Of a stretch of 64,000 bases of DNA, positions 50,261 through 60,341 are shown one piece after another. A program made the position numbers and the translations under genes. The notes under the pieces are model-generated. The model did no database searches. It was given only the letters and a program-made list of their open reading frames with translations, and was not told the origin of the DNA. Location of the stretch: assembly GCA_963808975.1 (NCBI GenBank), contig CAWEHR010000012.1:23139-87138 (forward strand), read 5' to 3'. Numbering within the stretch: the first letter of the stretch is position 1; every line of letters starts with the position of its first letter. This DNA comes from an uncultured Gammaproteobacteria bacterium. GTDB taxonomy: Bacteria; Pseudomonadota; Gammaproteobacteria; Pseudomonadales; JAHEGP01.

Positions 50261-50761
50261 TGGGCCTGGCCGGAGCGAACCTCCGGCGTTGCTTCGTTCC
50301 CGGCGGAGCCTTCCCACAGCCGGCCAGTAACCATCGAAGGCATGGCTGATGGTCGGCACCATCGAACCACCCAGCAAAACCTCCATACCACGAAAGTTTA
50401 CTTCGGTGTGTAAACCGAAATATTCATCCGCCAAGTTTCTTCCACCCACGATAGCAACACGGTTGTCGATCACCAGTGATCCAACCGTGTCCATTCCCCA
50501 GAGGAATGTCTGGATTTCGATGCTCTGGGTAGCGCTATCAATGGTCTTCAAGCGCCAGTCCAAGGCATTGGTACCGCGATTTAGCAGCACAAACCAGTCC
50601 TCATCCAGCTCGGGTTCCAACGACTGCCAGAAGGTATCATCGAATGCCGCGGGCGTATTTTCATCGGGCAGTAGCACAGGTTCGAGAGCCGTGCAGCCTG
50701 ATATGAGTAAAGCCAGAATGAGCGTCGGTGTCGACTTGGCAAAAGGTCTAATGGTTAGCAT
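50231..50761 (-). pseudogene. Phospholipase D (ClsC/YmdC-like) lipoprotein remnant with internal deletion
   Basis: Lipobox ISGC; SIEIQTFLW..D..G joined directly to IDNRVAIVGGRNLADEYFG, so the HxK of the first HKD motif is missing; truncated. Confidence 0.75.
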
Positions 50762-50814
50762 CAAATGGCTACCTGCGATGGTCATCATGAAATGTTGTGG
50801 TCGGGTGATTCTAG

Positions 50815-50974
50815 GAGCCTGTCGGGCTTAGGATTATTCTACTGCGCCGATGGGATGGCGGTCCAAATGTCCGCGATATTTCGTTGCTTAGCCCCACTAT
50901 GCGCCTCAATCTCGCAAAAATTTGACATCGCCCTCCCACTCGGCTCGCTACCAACACCTAAGTCCGACAGGCTC
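50815..50974. mobile_element. 160-bp MITE with 18-bp terminal inverted repeats, flanked by CTAG
   Basis: GAGCCTGTCGGGCTTAGG ... CCTAAGTCCGACAGGCTC (17/18); CTAG at 50811-50814 and 50975-50978. Confidence 0.85.
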
Positions 50975-51146
50975 CTAGCAAAGAGTATGATGAACTAGCC
51001 GTCCTCCATAGCGAACGAACGCTTTGGAGAATTGCCGGCATAAAAAAGCCCGGCGCGTTGCCCAGGCTCCTATTTCGGCTTGGCGCCAGTTGCAGCTCCT
51101 GGATATTCTTGGGTCCTGCATCAAGCTGTCAACTTCATTCTCCCGA

Positions 51147-51840
51147 TCAGGGGCGCGGATGCTCAGAGAAAAACCTCCAGATTTCGGCCGAGCCGTCGAT
51201 ATCCTGGGTGGTTTTCCCCGCCCAGAAATATTGCACCGGGTCCAATTCAAACAAGTCAATTGCCCCCGGCCAGCTGTGCCCGCCACCATCCACAGTACAG
51301 AACTCCGTGGTGGCTCCCTGCGCACACTCGTTGTAGGAGACACAGGTTACATCGCCCTGCAGGTAAACGACCGTGGACTCGGGGGAGCACTGGTTAGCGG
51401 CAGCCCAGGCCCTTGCATCCGAAGCGGCCAGCGAGTACTCAACGACTATATCCAATGTGCCATTCATTGCGAGCATCGGGACGGGGCGGGATGGAGTGCA
51501 AGAGATTGTCCTGTCTCTGGCCGCCACCGGCCCGATCGCGGCGAAGCGATCAGCCATTTCGCAGGCAAGCCGATAGCTCATATAGCCGCCGTTTGACATT
51601 CCCGTGGCGTAGATTCGATCAGGATCGACACAATACTCACTACTTACTTGCTCAATTAAGTCGGCAGTGAAACCTACGTCGTCGACTGCGGCCTCTAGCG
51701 CGACATCGCAGCACTCCCCTGCATTCCAGCTGTTGCCTATACCTTGGGGAGAGATAATAATGAACTTGTTTATATCGGCCAGTGCGGCGAACTCGGAATA
51801 CGCAAACTGGCCTTCGCTGGTGGAACCACGACCATGGAAC
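51147..51840 (-). pseudogene. 5'-truncated PHB depolymerase/LpqC-family esterase
   Basis: FHG...WNAGECC...DDVGF...RIYATGMSNGG...GGGHSWPG in one frame; N-terminus absent. Confidence 0.8.
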
Positions 51841-52087
51841 TGAGAGGTTGAAGCCCAGCCGCCTCGAATGACCGTTGACGAGGTGGCGCAGCCAGTGAGA
51901 TCAGCTCGGAAATCGCAGCGGCTAATTGGGGCGATGTGTCACAGCGGACGTGAGATAATGAGGACCGCGCGCCACCGTAGGCACGCCTCTTGGATTGACT
52001 TCATGGAACACCGATCATCTGCTTTGTTGCGCCCTTTGAGGAGGCGGCAGGCTGACGATCGGCCAGCAGGCAGGAAATGGTCTGAAA

Positions 52088-52375
52088 TCAAGGAAAAGCT
52101 GGGTTTCGGGGAGTGTAGTGGGGGCGAAATGGGCTGGAATCGGTGGGGGTAGGTAGCCAGTGACAGCGGTTTAGTAGATCTCGACTTCGGGCGTGATGTG
52201 CTTTATGGATCTTGTCTTTTTTCCTGGAACCAAATTGACTGCTGGCTTCGGAGAAATAGATGTAACCGCTGTCGGTTGGCGCCTGCCAGGCAACCGGATC
52301 GATCGCCACCGGCCAGAGCAGGAAGTAGGCAAGCACCGCCAGCAGAACCACCATTACACTACGCATCGATACCAT
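52088..52375 (-). pseudogene. Strictosidine synthase/SMP-30-like remnant
   Basis: YFLLWPVAIDPVAWQAP fused directly to GYIYFSEASSQFG, then degenerates. Confidence 0.55.
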
Positions 52376-52395
52376 CCGGGTTGCAGTATGGGCGA

Positions 52396-52875
52396 CTAGC
52401 CGGCAAAGCGGGCACAGGTGTGCTGGTCAGCCCCCGGGCCCGCCTTCATTCTCAGGTCGTTCGGGTCCACCGTTGTTCCCTGGGTGTCCTGTAACTTCAG
52501 CTTTGCGAGCGCCGCGCCGTTTTTTGCATTGTACAAAACCACGGGCGCACCGGTCGCAGCATTCATCCAATCGTCCCCCCATTGCATCAGCGCGATCAAT
52601 ACCGTGTGCAGGGCACTGCCCTTGGGCGTCAGCCGATACTCGACCCGGCGAACCTTTTTCTCCGATTCAACCCTGAGCAACACACCGTGCTCCTGCAGCG
52701 ACTTCAAGCGCTTGGAAAGAATGCCCTTGGAGATATCAAGATTGGTCTGGAACTGATCGAAATGACAGGAGCCCCGCATCGCCTCCAGCACGATCAGAAT
52801 GCTCCACCAATCGCCGATCACATCCATCGCCCGGGCAACCGAGCAATTCTTCGACTCGAAACACACTCGCTCCAT
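52396..52875 (-). CDS. HxlR-family winged-helix regulator
   Basis: CSVARAMDVIGDWWS, LSKRLK, EYRLTPKG, LMQWG. Confidence 0.92.
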   Translation of the reverse strand: MERVCFESKNCSVARAMDVIGDWWSILIVLEAMRGSCHFDQFQTNLDISKGILSKRLKSLQEHGVLLRVESEKKVRRVEYRLTPKGSALHTVLIALMQWGDDWMNAATGAPVVLYNAKNGAALAKLKLQDTQGTTVDPNDLRMKAGPGADQHTCARFAG

Positions 52876-52912
52876 TTTTTTCCTCCCTCCTGTGACTTTT
52901 TTCAAAAAAGGC

Positions 52913-52968
52913 TTGACAGGTACTATAATCGAACCTTAGTATCAACGCAACGGTTCTAATATAGAACC
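52913..52968. promoter_or_regulatory. Sigma70-like promoter with two 17-bp palindromic operators
   Basis: TTGACA(52913)-18-TAGTAT; GGTACTATAATCGAACC (52919) and perfect GGTTCTA-ATA-TAGAACC (52952). Confidence 0.7.
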
Positions 52969-53018
52969 ATAAGCGAGCGGAAGTGAAAGCTTCCGATCTG
53001 GACAATCAGGAGTCTGTC

Positions 53019-53216
53019 ATGGATCTTTCTATCGTACTTATCGCAGTGGTGTTTCTGGTACCGTTCGCCCTGGCGTTTTCACTGCTCGGTGCAATGGCGG
53101 TCGATTCAAGCTGGGCATCGCGACCGGCCCCGCGCCTGCCCAAGCCAACGCGCACCAAGGGCGACGCCAGGAAAAACAGCGGCAACGACGACATGGGGCA
53201 CTGTGTACCGGCTTGA
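53019..53216 (+). CDS. Small single-TM hypothetical protein
   Basis: AGGAG RBS; hydrophobic N-terminal half; downstream of the promoter above. Confidence 0.55.
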   Translation: MDLSIVLIAVVFLVPFALAFSLLGAMAVDSSWASRPAPRLPKPTRTKGDARKNSGNDDMGHCVPA

Positions 53217-53684
53217 TGCAATGATGGCGCTTCTGCTTTCACAGCGCTAATAATCGACTACGGCCTGGCCGGCTGCGCTTCGCGGTGCCCTGGCAGGCTG
53301 CTGAAAACGCTTTCGAGGCGACAGATGCCGCGCAGGTGGTGATTCAGCAACCCGTCCAAGGGCCGCGACGCGCAAGCCCGGCCCGCTTTCCATCAACGCA
53401 TCTTGTTGAATGCGAGGCATTGGCCAATTCAGGGCGACCTTCCGCATCGCTACGCCAGCGATGCAATCAACACCGGTCGCGAACCATGATGCTGGTGACT
53501 GCGGCTTTGTGGTGAAAGCGGGAATTTCAAAAGCTTGGGCTTGAGCTGATTACTCCGGGGAGCTAACGCCTGCTCTGGATCGATAGCGCCAGTCAGACTG
53601 CCAGCAGAAAATGGCAATCCGGCCGTCTGCTGTAGTCTGGGTTAGCGACCATCGTATTTGATGACCACCAACAGACCGAGCTAA

Positions 53685-53798
53685 ATGTGTATCGCTTCGG
53701 GTTCGTTTACGGTAAACGAAGTGCCACTTCCCGCCGCCGCCTGGTTATTTATCTCGGCGATCGGCGGCCTCGGAGTGGTGAAGCGCTTTAGGAAATAG
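53685..53798 (+). pseudogene. Orphan VPLPA-CTERM sorting-signal fragment
   Basis: MCIASGSFTVNEVPLPAAAWLFISAIGGLGVVKRFRK*, with an in-frame TAA immediately upstream. Confidence 0.75.
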
Positions 53799-54446
53799 CT
53801 GGCAGTAAAGCAGGCGCTTGCCGGCTTGGCAGGATGTATGCTCTTCTGGTAATCAGGCCGGCGGCGTGCTGCGCAGCAGTTCTTCACCGCCACTGCGGGC
53901 CAGGTGACGAGGCTCGCACCGCGTGCGACATTTTTATGTTGCGGCCAAAGCCCGGTTAGGCTGGCCGTTTTCGAGGACTGTGGTCATTCAACCGCGGGGG
54001 AATTTCCCAGGTGAAATAGACGGCTGGGTGCCATTTTCGACCGTAAGATGATGAAGACCGTGCACCACCGCAGACACGGCTTTTCGACTGCCCCCCCCAA
54101 ACCTTGATCATCTCTGTAGTTGCGCCTTCCCAGTGGCGGCGAGTTTTCTATTGGCTTGGGGCCGAGAATCGGGTTGAAGGCCGGTGCGTCGGCGTTAAGT
54201 TGACGCCGACATGGGATGGAATTGGTGGGAAAGGGGCTCATCGACGGCGCTTCAGTAGGTGTAGACTGCAGCGATTGTGCGTTTTATCCTTCTTCTATCG
54301 TCAAAGACAACGGGCAGGTGAAGGCGCAAATTTGGGCATGCGCAAGCTGCGACCAGGAAGTAAGCCAAAGCGAGCGCCTGTAACGGTGTCTTTCCGTCGT
54401 GCCGCCGCTCCCGCTCGGGCAAGCTAACCCAGAGTGGAGAAATGTC

Positions 54447-55223
54447 ATGAAGCATAAACTGGCGGCCAGCCTGGCGTTGGCCGGGATGATTGCCACGCCG
54501 GTGGTCGCGGAGTGGGGTTTCAGCGGTGACCCGACGCCGATGGCCTTCGTGCAGTCCGGGAACATGACGCTGGAGTTGCAATGCGACCGCATCCGCTTCG
54601 CGCCGGCCGGGTATGAGGTCAGCGAAGACATCGTCAACAAGCGGGGCCTGGCCATCCGGTTCATGAAAGACGGCGCGACCGAGGTCGGGTCGTTTCAGGC
54701 CGGGGGCGAGAATGCAATGCTGCAGATTGTCGACAATTATCCGGTCGAGATCCTGTTCAATGACACGGCGGACTACGGTTTCGTTCTGGATCAGATCGCG
54801 GCCAATGGTGTTCTTAACCTTGCCATGGTCGATCAGGATGTGAGCTACGGGATTTTCGACCTTTCCGGCTCAGGAGCGGCCGTGAAGTTGCTCCGGGACG
54901 CCTGTTCAGGTGCAGGTACCGCCGAGGATGCCACTGTGGCGGAAGCCCCCGAGGGCCTCGTCTATTGCGGAGGCGGTGATATCAAGCGCCAGATCGAGTA
55001 CGCAATTCTGGAAAATGCTGACGATCAATGGGATGCCCGGGTCACGGTCAACGGCGAGACGCTTCGTGCCATGACATCGTATTCGTTCTTCGGTTCAGCC
55101 AAGTCCCCTGCGGGATTTGTCGTCGCCCTTCTCGGCGAGGATCGATCGGAATTTCTGGTCTTTCGCGATGGCGGGCAGGACTGGTTGGAATTCGGCGACT
55201 ATCGGTACGACAAGTGCAACTAA
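54447..55223 (+). CDS. Hypothetical exported two-domain protein
   Basis: GGAG RBS, signal peptide, Cys pairs. Confidence 0.7.
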   Translation: MKHKLAASLALAGMIATPVVAEWGFSGDPTPMAFVQSGNMTLELQCDRIRFAPAGYEVSEDIVNKRGLAIRFMKDGATEVGSFQAGGENAMLQIVDNYPVEILFNDTADYGFVLDQIAANGVLNLAMVDQDVSYGIFDLSGSGAAVKLLRDACSGAGTAEDATVAEAPEGLVYCGGGDIKRQIEYAILENADDQWDARVTVNGETLRAMTSYSFFGSAKSPAGFVVALLGEDRSEFLVFRDGGQDWLEFGDYRYDKCN

Positions 55224-55741
55224 TGTTCCGGCGTAACCCGCAAAAGCACGGCCTGTCGACCGACGTCGTGAGGATGTTCGGGGCGATAGCCCTGTCCTGT
55301 TTTGGGGTCACGCCCGCTTTATCGGCCGATGTGTCAGAGCTCCCGCTCCAGTTGCGGGAGAAAGTCGAAGCTGCCGCGAAGGCCTGCGCCACTTTTGAAA
55401 ACGGCGAGTTCGATCTGGAATGGGGCGCTGTTGATCGGGTGGACCTGGACGGAGACCTGTATCACGATTGGGTCTTGAACGAGCGCGGTTTCGCCTGCTC
55501 AACGGCCGCATCGCTATTCTGCGGAACGGGCGGATGCATGTCTCATTTTCTCGTGGGGGAAGAGCTTCACTCCCTTCTGAACCAGGGGTGGAATGTCGTC
55601 GAACTCGGGCCAAACAAGGTCCTGCTTGCAAATGTCCACGGGTCGCAGTGCGATAGCATCAATCCGACGCCGTGTGTGACTGCGAGTACCTGGGACAAAC
55701 AACAGAAAAGATGGCAGACCACTGGCGCGGAGTGGGAGTAA
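55223..55741 (+). CDS. Hypothetical exported Cys-rich protein
   Basis: TAATG coupling; VDLDGD..DW and FCGTGGC motifs. Confidence 0.7.
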   Translation: MFRRNPQKHGLSTDVVRMFGAIALSCFGVTPALSADVSELPLQLREKVEAAAKACATFENGEFDLEWGAVDRVDLDGDLYHDWVLNERGFACSTAASLFCGTGGCMSHFLVGEELHSLLNQGWNVVELGPNKVLLANVHGSQCDSINPTPCVTASTWDKQQKRWQTTGAEWE

Positions 55742-56008
55742 CCGGCGCGACCTGTCTGTTCAGTATGCCAGCGAGACCTCAGCGGGTCCGAAAGGCAGCG
55801 CGCCCATGACGAAACTCACACTGTTTTATCTGGTCCTGCTGGCGATCGGATTGGTGGTGTGGGCTGGGTATTGTGCCGGTGTTTTTGGTGATCATCACGC
55901 TTAAGTCGGTCACCCTTCTGACTTTTACTTTGAATCACAGCGCCGAAGTTGGTTACACTAGGCCTGTCTGGAGAGCCGTTGTCTGCGCACCCCAACCAGG
56001 GTAGCCCC

Positions 56009-56296
56009 ATGCCTGTCAAAGTGATCATTCTCCGCCATGTCCCGGTTGAAATCATCGAGCAACTGACGCCGCTCCTGATCGAGCTGCGCAGCTGCGCCTT
56101 GACACAGCCCGGCTACTTATCGGGCGAAACCCTGATCCGGGTCGACGATCCAAGGGAGCATCTCGTCATCAGCACCTGGGATTCGCTGGAGCATTGGAAC
56201 CAATGGCTGCAGAGCCCTGCGCGAGCCGAAATACAGGCACGGGTGGATGCCTGCCTCGGACAAGAAACCCTTTATCAAGTCTACTATCAAGGCTAG
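56009..56296 (+). CDS. Antibiotic biosynthesis monooxygenase (ABM) domain protein
   Basis: [10 protein letters not shown]...[12 protein letters not shown]. Confidence 0.85.
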   Translation: MPVKVIILRHVPVEIIEQLTPLLIELRSCALTQPGYLSGETLIRVDDPREHLVISTWDSLEHWNQWLQSPARAEIQARVDACLGQETLYQVYYQG

Positions 56297-56304
56297 GTGC
56301 ACCC

Positions 56305-57897
<1,593 letters not shown>

Positions 57898-57911
57898 AAG
57901 CCCCTGGCCTT

Positions 57912-58304
57912 ATGCAATTCCAATTCGACATGCAGAACATTCTGGACAACGAGGGACTGGCGATCTCGATCACCGGGATGGCCATCGTCTTTCTTGGGCT
58001 GGTGCTCGTCAGCCTGCTGATCTCCGCGCTCCCGAAGGTGCTGGACTGGCTGGATACGACTCGACACCGCGACCGGGGCCCGGTCGAAGCATTGGACACG
58101 GCCGGCGGCTCGGACGAGGACACGCGCGAGAAGGCAATGGTTGCTGCGATCGCCATGGTGCTGGAACACGCGATGCGGCCTGAAGATGGCAGCACGGTGC
58201 AACGCATCACCATACGCCGTAGCGGGTCGGAATCCATCTGGCGGCAGGCCGGGCAGATGCGCTCGCTATCGAGCCACCAGCCGATACGAAAGGGCTCCCG
58301 ATGA
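57912..58304 (+). CDS. OadG/MmdD-family membrane anchor subunit
   Basis: ITGMAIVFLGL TM segment; VAAIAMVL; S.WRQAG. Confidence 0.85.
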   Translation: MQFQFDMQNILDNEGLAISITGMAIVFLGLVLVSLLISALPKVLDWLDTTRHRDRGPVEALDTAGGSDEDTREKAMVAAIAMVLEHAMRPEDGSTVQRITIRRSGSESIWRQAGQMRSLSSHQPIRKGSR

Positions 58305-58744
58305 AAGAATACCATCTCAACGTGGACGGCCATGATTTCGTGCTGACCCTCAAATCCCTGTCCGGCGAGCGCGCCGAGGTGGAAATCGACGGCAAGGCCT
58401 ACTCGGTCGAGATCCACAGTATTCGACAGAAGGGGAGCCCGCAGCGCCGGCCGTCCACCAGTGTACAACGCGGCACCACGGAGCCTGTCGCGCACGAGCC
58501 AGTGCCACCGACCATGGCGGGTAGCGCTTCCACCGGTTCCGTGACGGCACCGATCCCCGGCGCGGTGCTGGAAGTCTATGTCAAAGAAGGTGACGCCGTG
58601 ACGGCGGGGCAGGATCTGTTGAAAATGGAAGCGATGAAAATGGAGAACCGAATCACCGCACCGCGCGCGGGAAAAGTGGCCAGGCTCCACGCCAAACCCG
58701 GTGATCCCGTGCGGCAGGGGCAAGTGCTCGTCGAGTTGGAATGA
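58301..58744 (+). CDS. Biotin carboxyl carrier subunit
   Basis: EAMKMEN biotinylation motif. Confidence 0.93.
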   Translation: MKEYHLNVDGHDFVLTLKSLSGERAEVEIDGKAYSVEIHSIRQKGSPQRRPSTSVQRGTTEPVAHEPVPPTMAGSASTGSVTAPIPGAVLEVYVKEGDAVTAGQDLLKMEAMKMENRITAPRAGKVARLHAKPGDPVRQGQVLVELE

Positions 58745-59904
58745 TGAGCCAGTTCCTCCAGTTTCTTCAATCGACCGGGCTCGCAGGATTATCCTGGAGC
58801 CATGCGGTCATGATCCTGATCGGACTGGTGTTCGTGGCCCTTGCCATCATCAAGGAGTACGAGCCCCTGCTGCTGCTGCCGATCGGGTTCGGCATAATCG
58901 TCGGTAACATCCCCTACGTGAGCGGCATGCCCCTCGGCGTCTACGATGAGGGCAGTGTCCTGAGCTACCTCTATTTCGGGGTGAGGGAAGGCATCTTTCC
59001 GCCGCTCATCTTCCTCGGGATCGGGGCGATGACCGACTTTTCCACCATGCTGTCCAATCCGAAGCTGGTGTTGCTGGGTGCGGCCGCCCAGGTGGGTATC
59101 TTCCTGACTTTCCTCGGGGCACTGGCCCTCGGCTTCAGTGCCCAGGAGGCCGGGGCGATCGGTATTATCGGTGGCGCCGACGGGCCCACCGCCATTTTTC
59201 TCTCCGCCAAGCTCGCGCCGCATTTGCTCGGTTCGATCGCTATCGCCGCCTATTCCTATATGGCCCTGGTTCCCGTCATCCAGCCGCCGATCATGAAACT
59301 GCTCACCACCGAGTCCGAGCGCAAGATTCACATGAAGGCGCCCAAGCAGGTGCCGCAGCGGGTGCGCATCATTTTCCCGATCGCCGCCTTTCTCATTTGC
59401 GCCATGATCGCCCCGGGATCCATGGTGCTGCTGGGCATGCTTTTCTTTGGCAACCTGCTCAAGGAGTCCGGGGTCACTGACCGCCTCGCCAACTCGGCGC
59501 GCAATGCCATGATCGATATCGTTACCATCCTGCTCGGCTTCTCGGTCGGTGCCAGCACCCAGGCCGTGCGCATGGTTGAGGTGAACGGTGAAATGGTCAA
59601 CCAGGGCTTTTTGTCCGCAGACTCATTGCTCATCTTCGGCCTTGGCGCCCTGTCGTTCTGTATGGCGACCATGGGGGGCGTGCTCTTTGCCAAGTTTATG
59701 AATCTCTTCCTGAAGGAGAAAATCAACCCCCTGGTCGGTGCGGCCGGGGTCTCGGCGGTGCCGGACTCCGCGCGCGTGGTGCAGATAATCGGCCGGGAGT
59801 CGGACCCGAATAACTTCCTCCTCATGCATGCCATGGCCCCCAATGTCTCGGGCGTGATCGGCTCCGCCATCGCCGCCGGCATCCTCTGGTCGGTGTTGGC
59901 CTAG
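58741..59904 (+). CDS. Na+-translocating decarboxylase beta subunit (OadB/MmdB family)
   Basis: YEPLLLLPIGFG, IGIIGGADGPT, AGVSAVP, HAMAPNVSGVIGSA. Confidence 0.95.
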   Translation: MMSQFLQFLQSTGLAGLSWSHAVMILIGLVFVALAIIKEYEPLLLLPIGFGIIVGNIPYVSGMPLGVYDEGSVLSYLYFGVREGIFPPLIFLGIGAMTDFSTMLSNPKLVLLGAAAQVGIFLTFLGALALGFSAQEAGAIGIIGGADGPTAIFLSAKLAPHLLGSIAIAAYSYMALVPVIQPPIMKLLTTESERKIHMKAPKQVPQRVRIIFPIAAFLICAMIAPGSMVLLGMLFFGNLLKESGVTDRLANSARNAMIDIVTILLGFSVGASTQAVRMVEVNGEMVNQGFLSADSLLIFGLGALSFCMATMGGVLFAKFMNLFLKEKINPLVGAAGVSAVPDSARVVQIIGRESDPNNFLLMHAMAPNVSGVIGSAIAAGILWSVLA

Positions 59905-60252
59905 CAGGATTCAGTCCAGTTTCCCAGCTGTCCGCGGGCGAGCCCAATGGTCCGCCGAGGTTTACATCATGGGTCCTGCCGTCGTTGACAGTGCCCAACC
60001 TGGGCGGCAGGGCACCGTGATCGAGCCCGACGTGGCGTTTTGCGGCGCCTCACCGTCACCATCGAAAAGCCCGACACAAGCAGCGGCATTTCTGATTCCC
60101 GGTCAGTCGAGGAAAGCACTGGGACGCCGGTCACAGTCTGAAAAGCCGTTACTCGCACTAGTGCCTTTCACGATCAATACTTGATCACACTAATCTTTCC
60201 GCTGTGCTGGCAGCGCCTTCTGCTTGAGGGGATATGCACGGCTCGGTACATA

Positions 60253-60308
60253 ACCAGCGGCACTGCACCAGCGGTACGACACCAGCGGTACGACACCAGC
60301 GGTACTAC
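60253..60308 (+). repeat. Four copies of a 14-bp tandem repeat (ACCAGCGGTACGAC consensus)
   Basis: Units at 60253, 60267, 60281 and 60295. Confidence 0.9.
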
Positions 60309-60341
60309 ACCATCTGCAATACACCATCGAGGATCAGGACA

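Noticed and set aside
54050-54260. Integron attC site or intact IS end (GTCGGCGT-N7-ACGCCGAC hairpin; TTTTCGACTGCCCC)
   Set aside because: No RYYYAAC/GTTRRRY pairing, integrase or matching second end found; too fragmentary to call.
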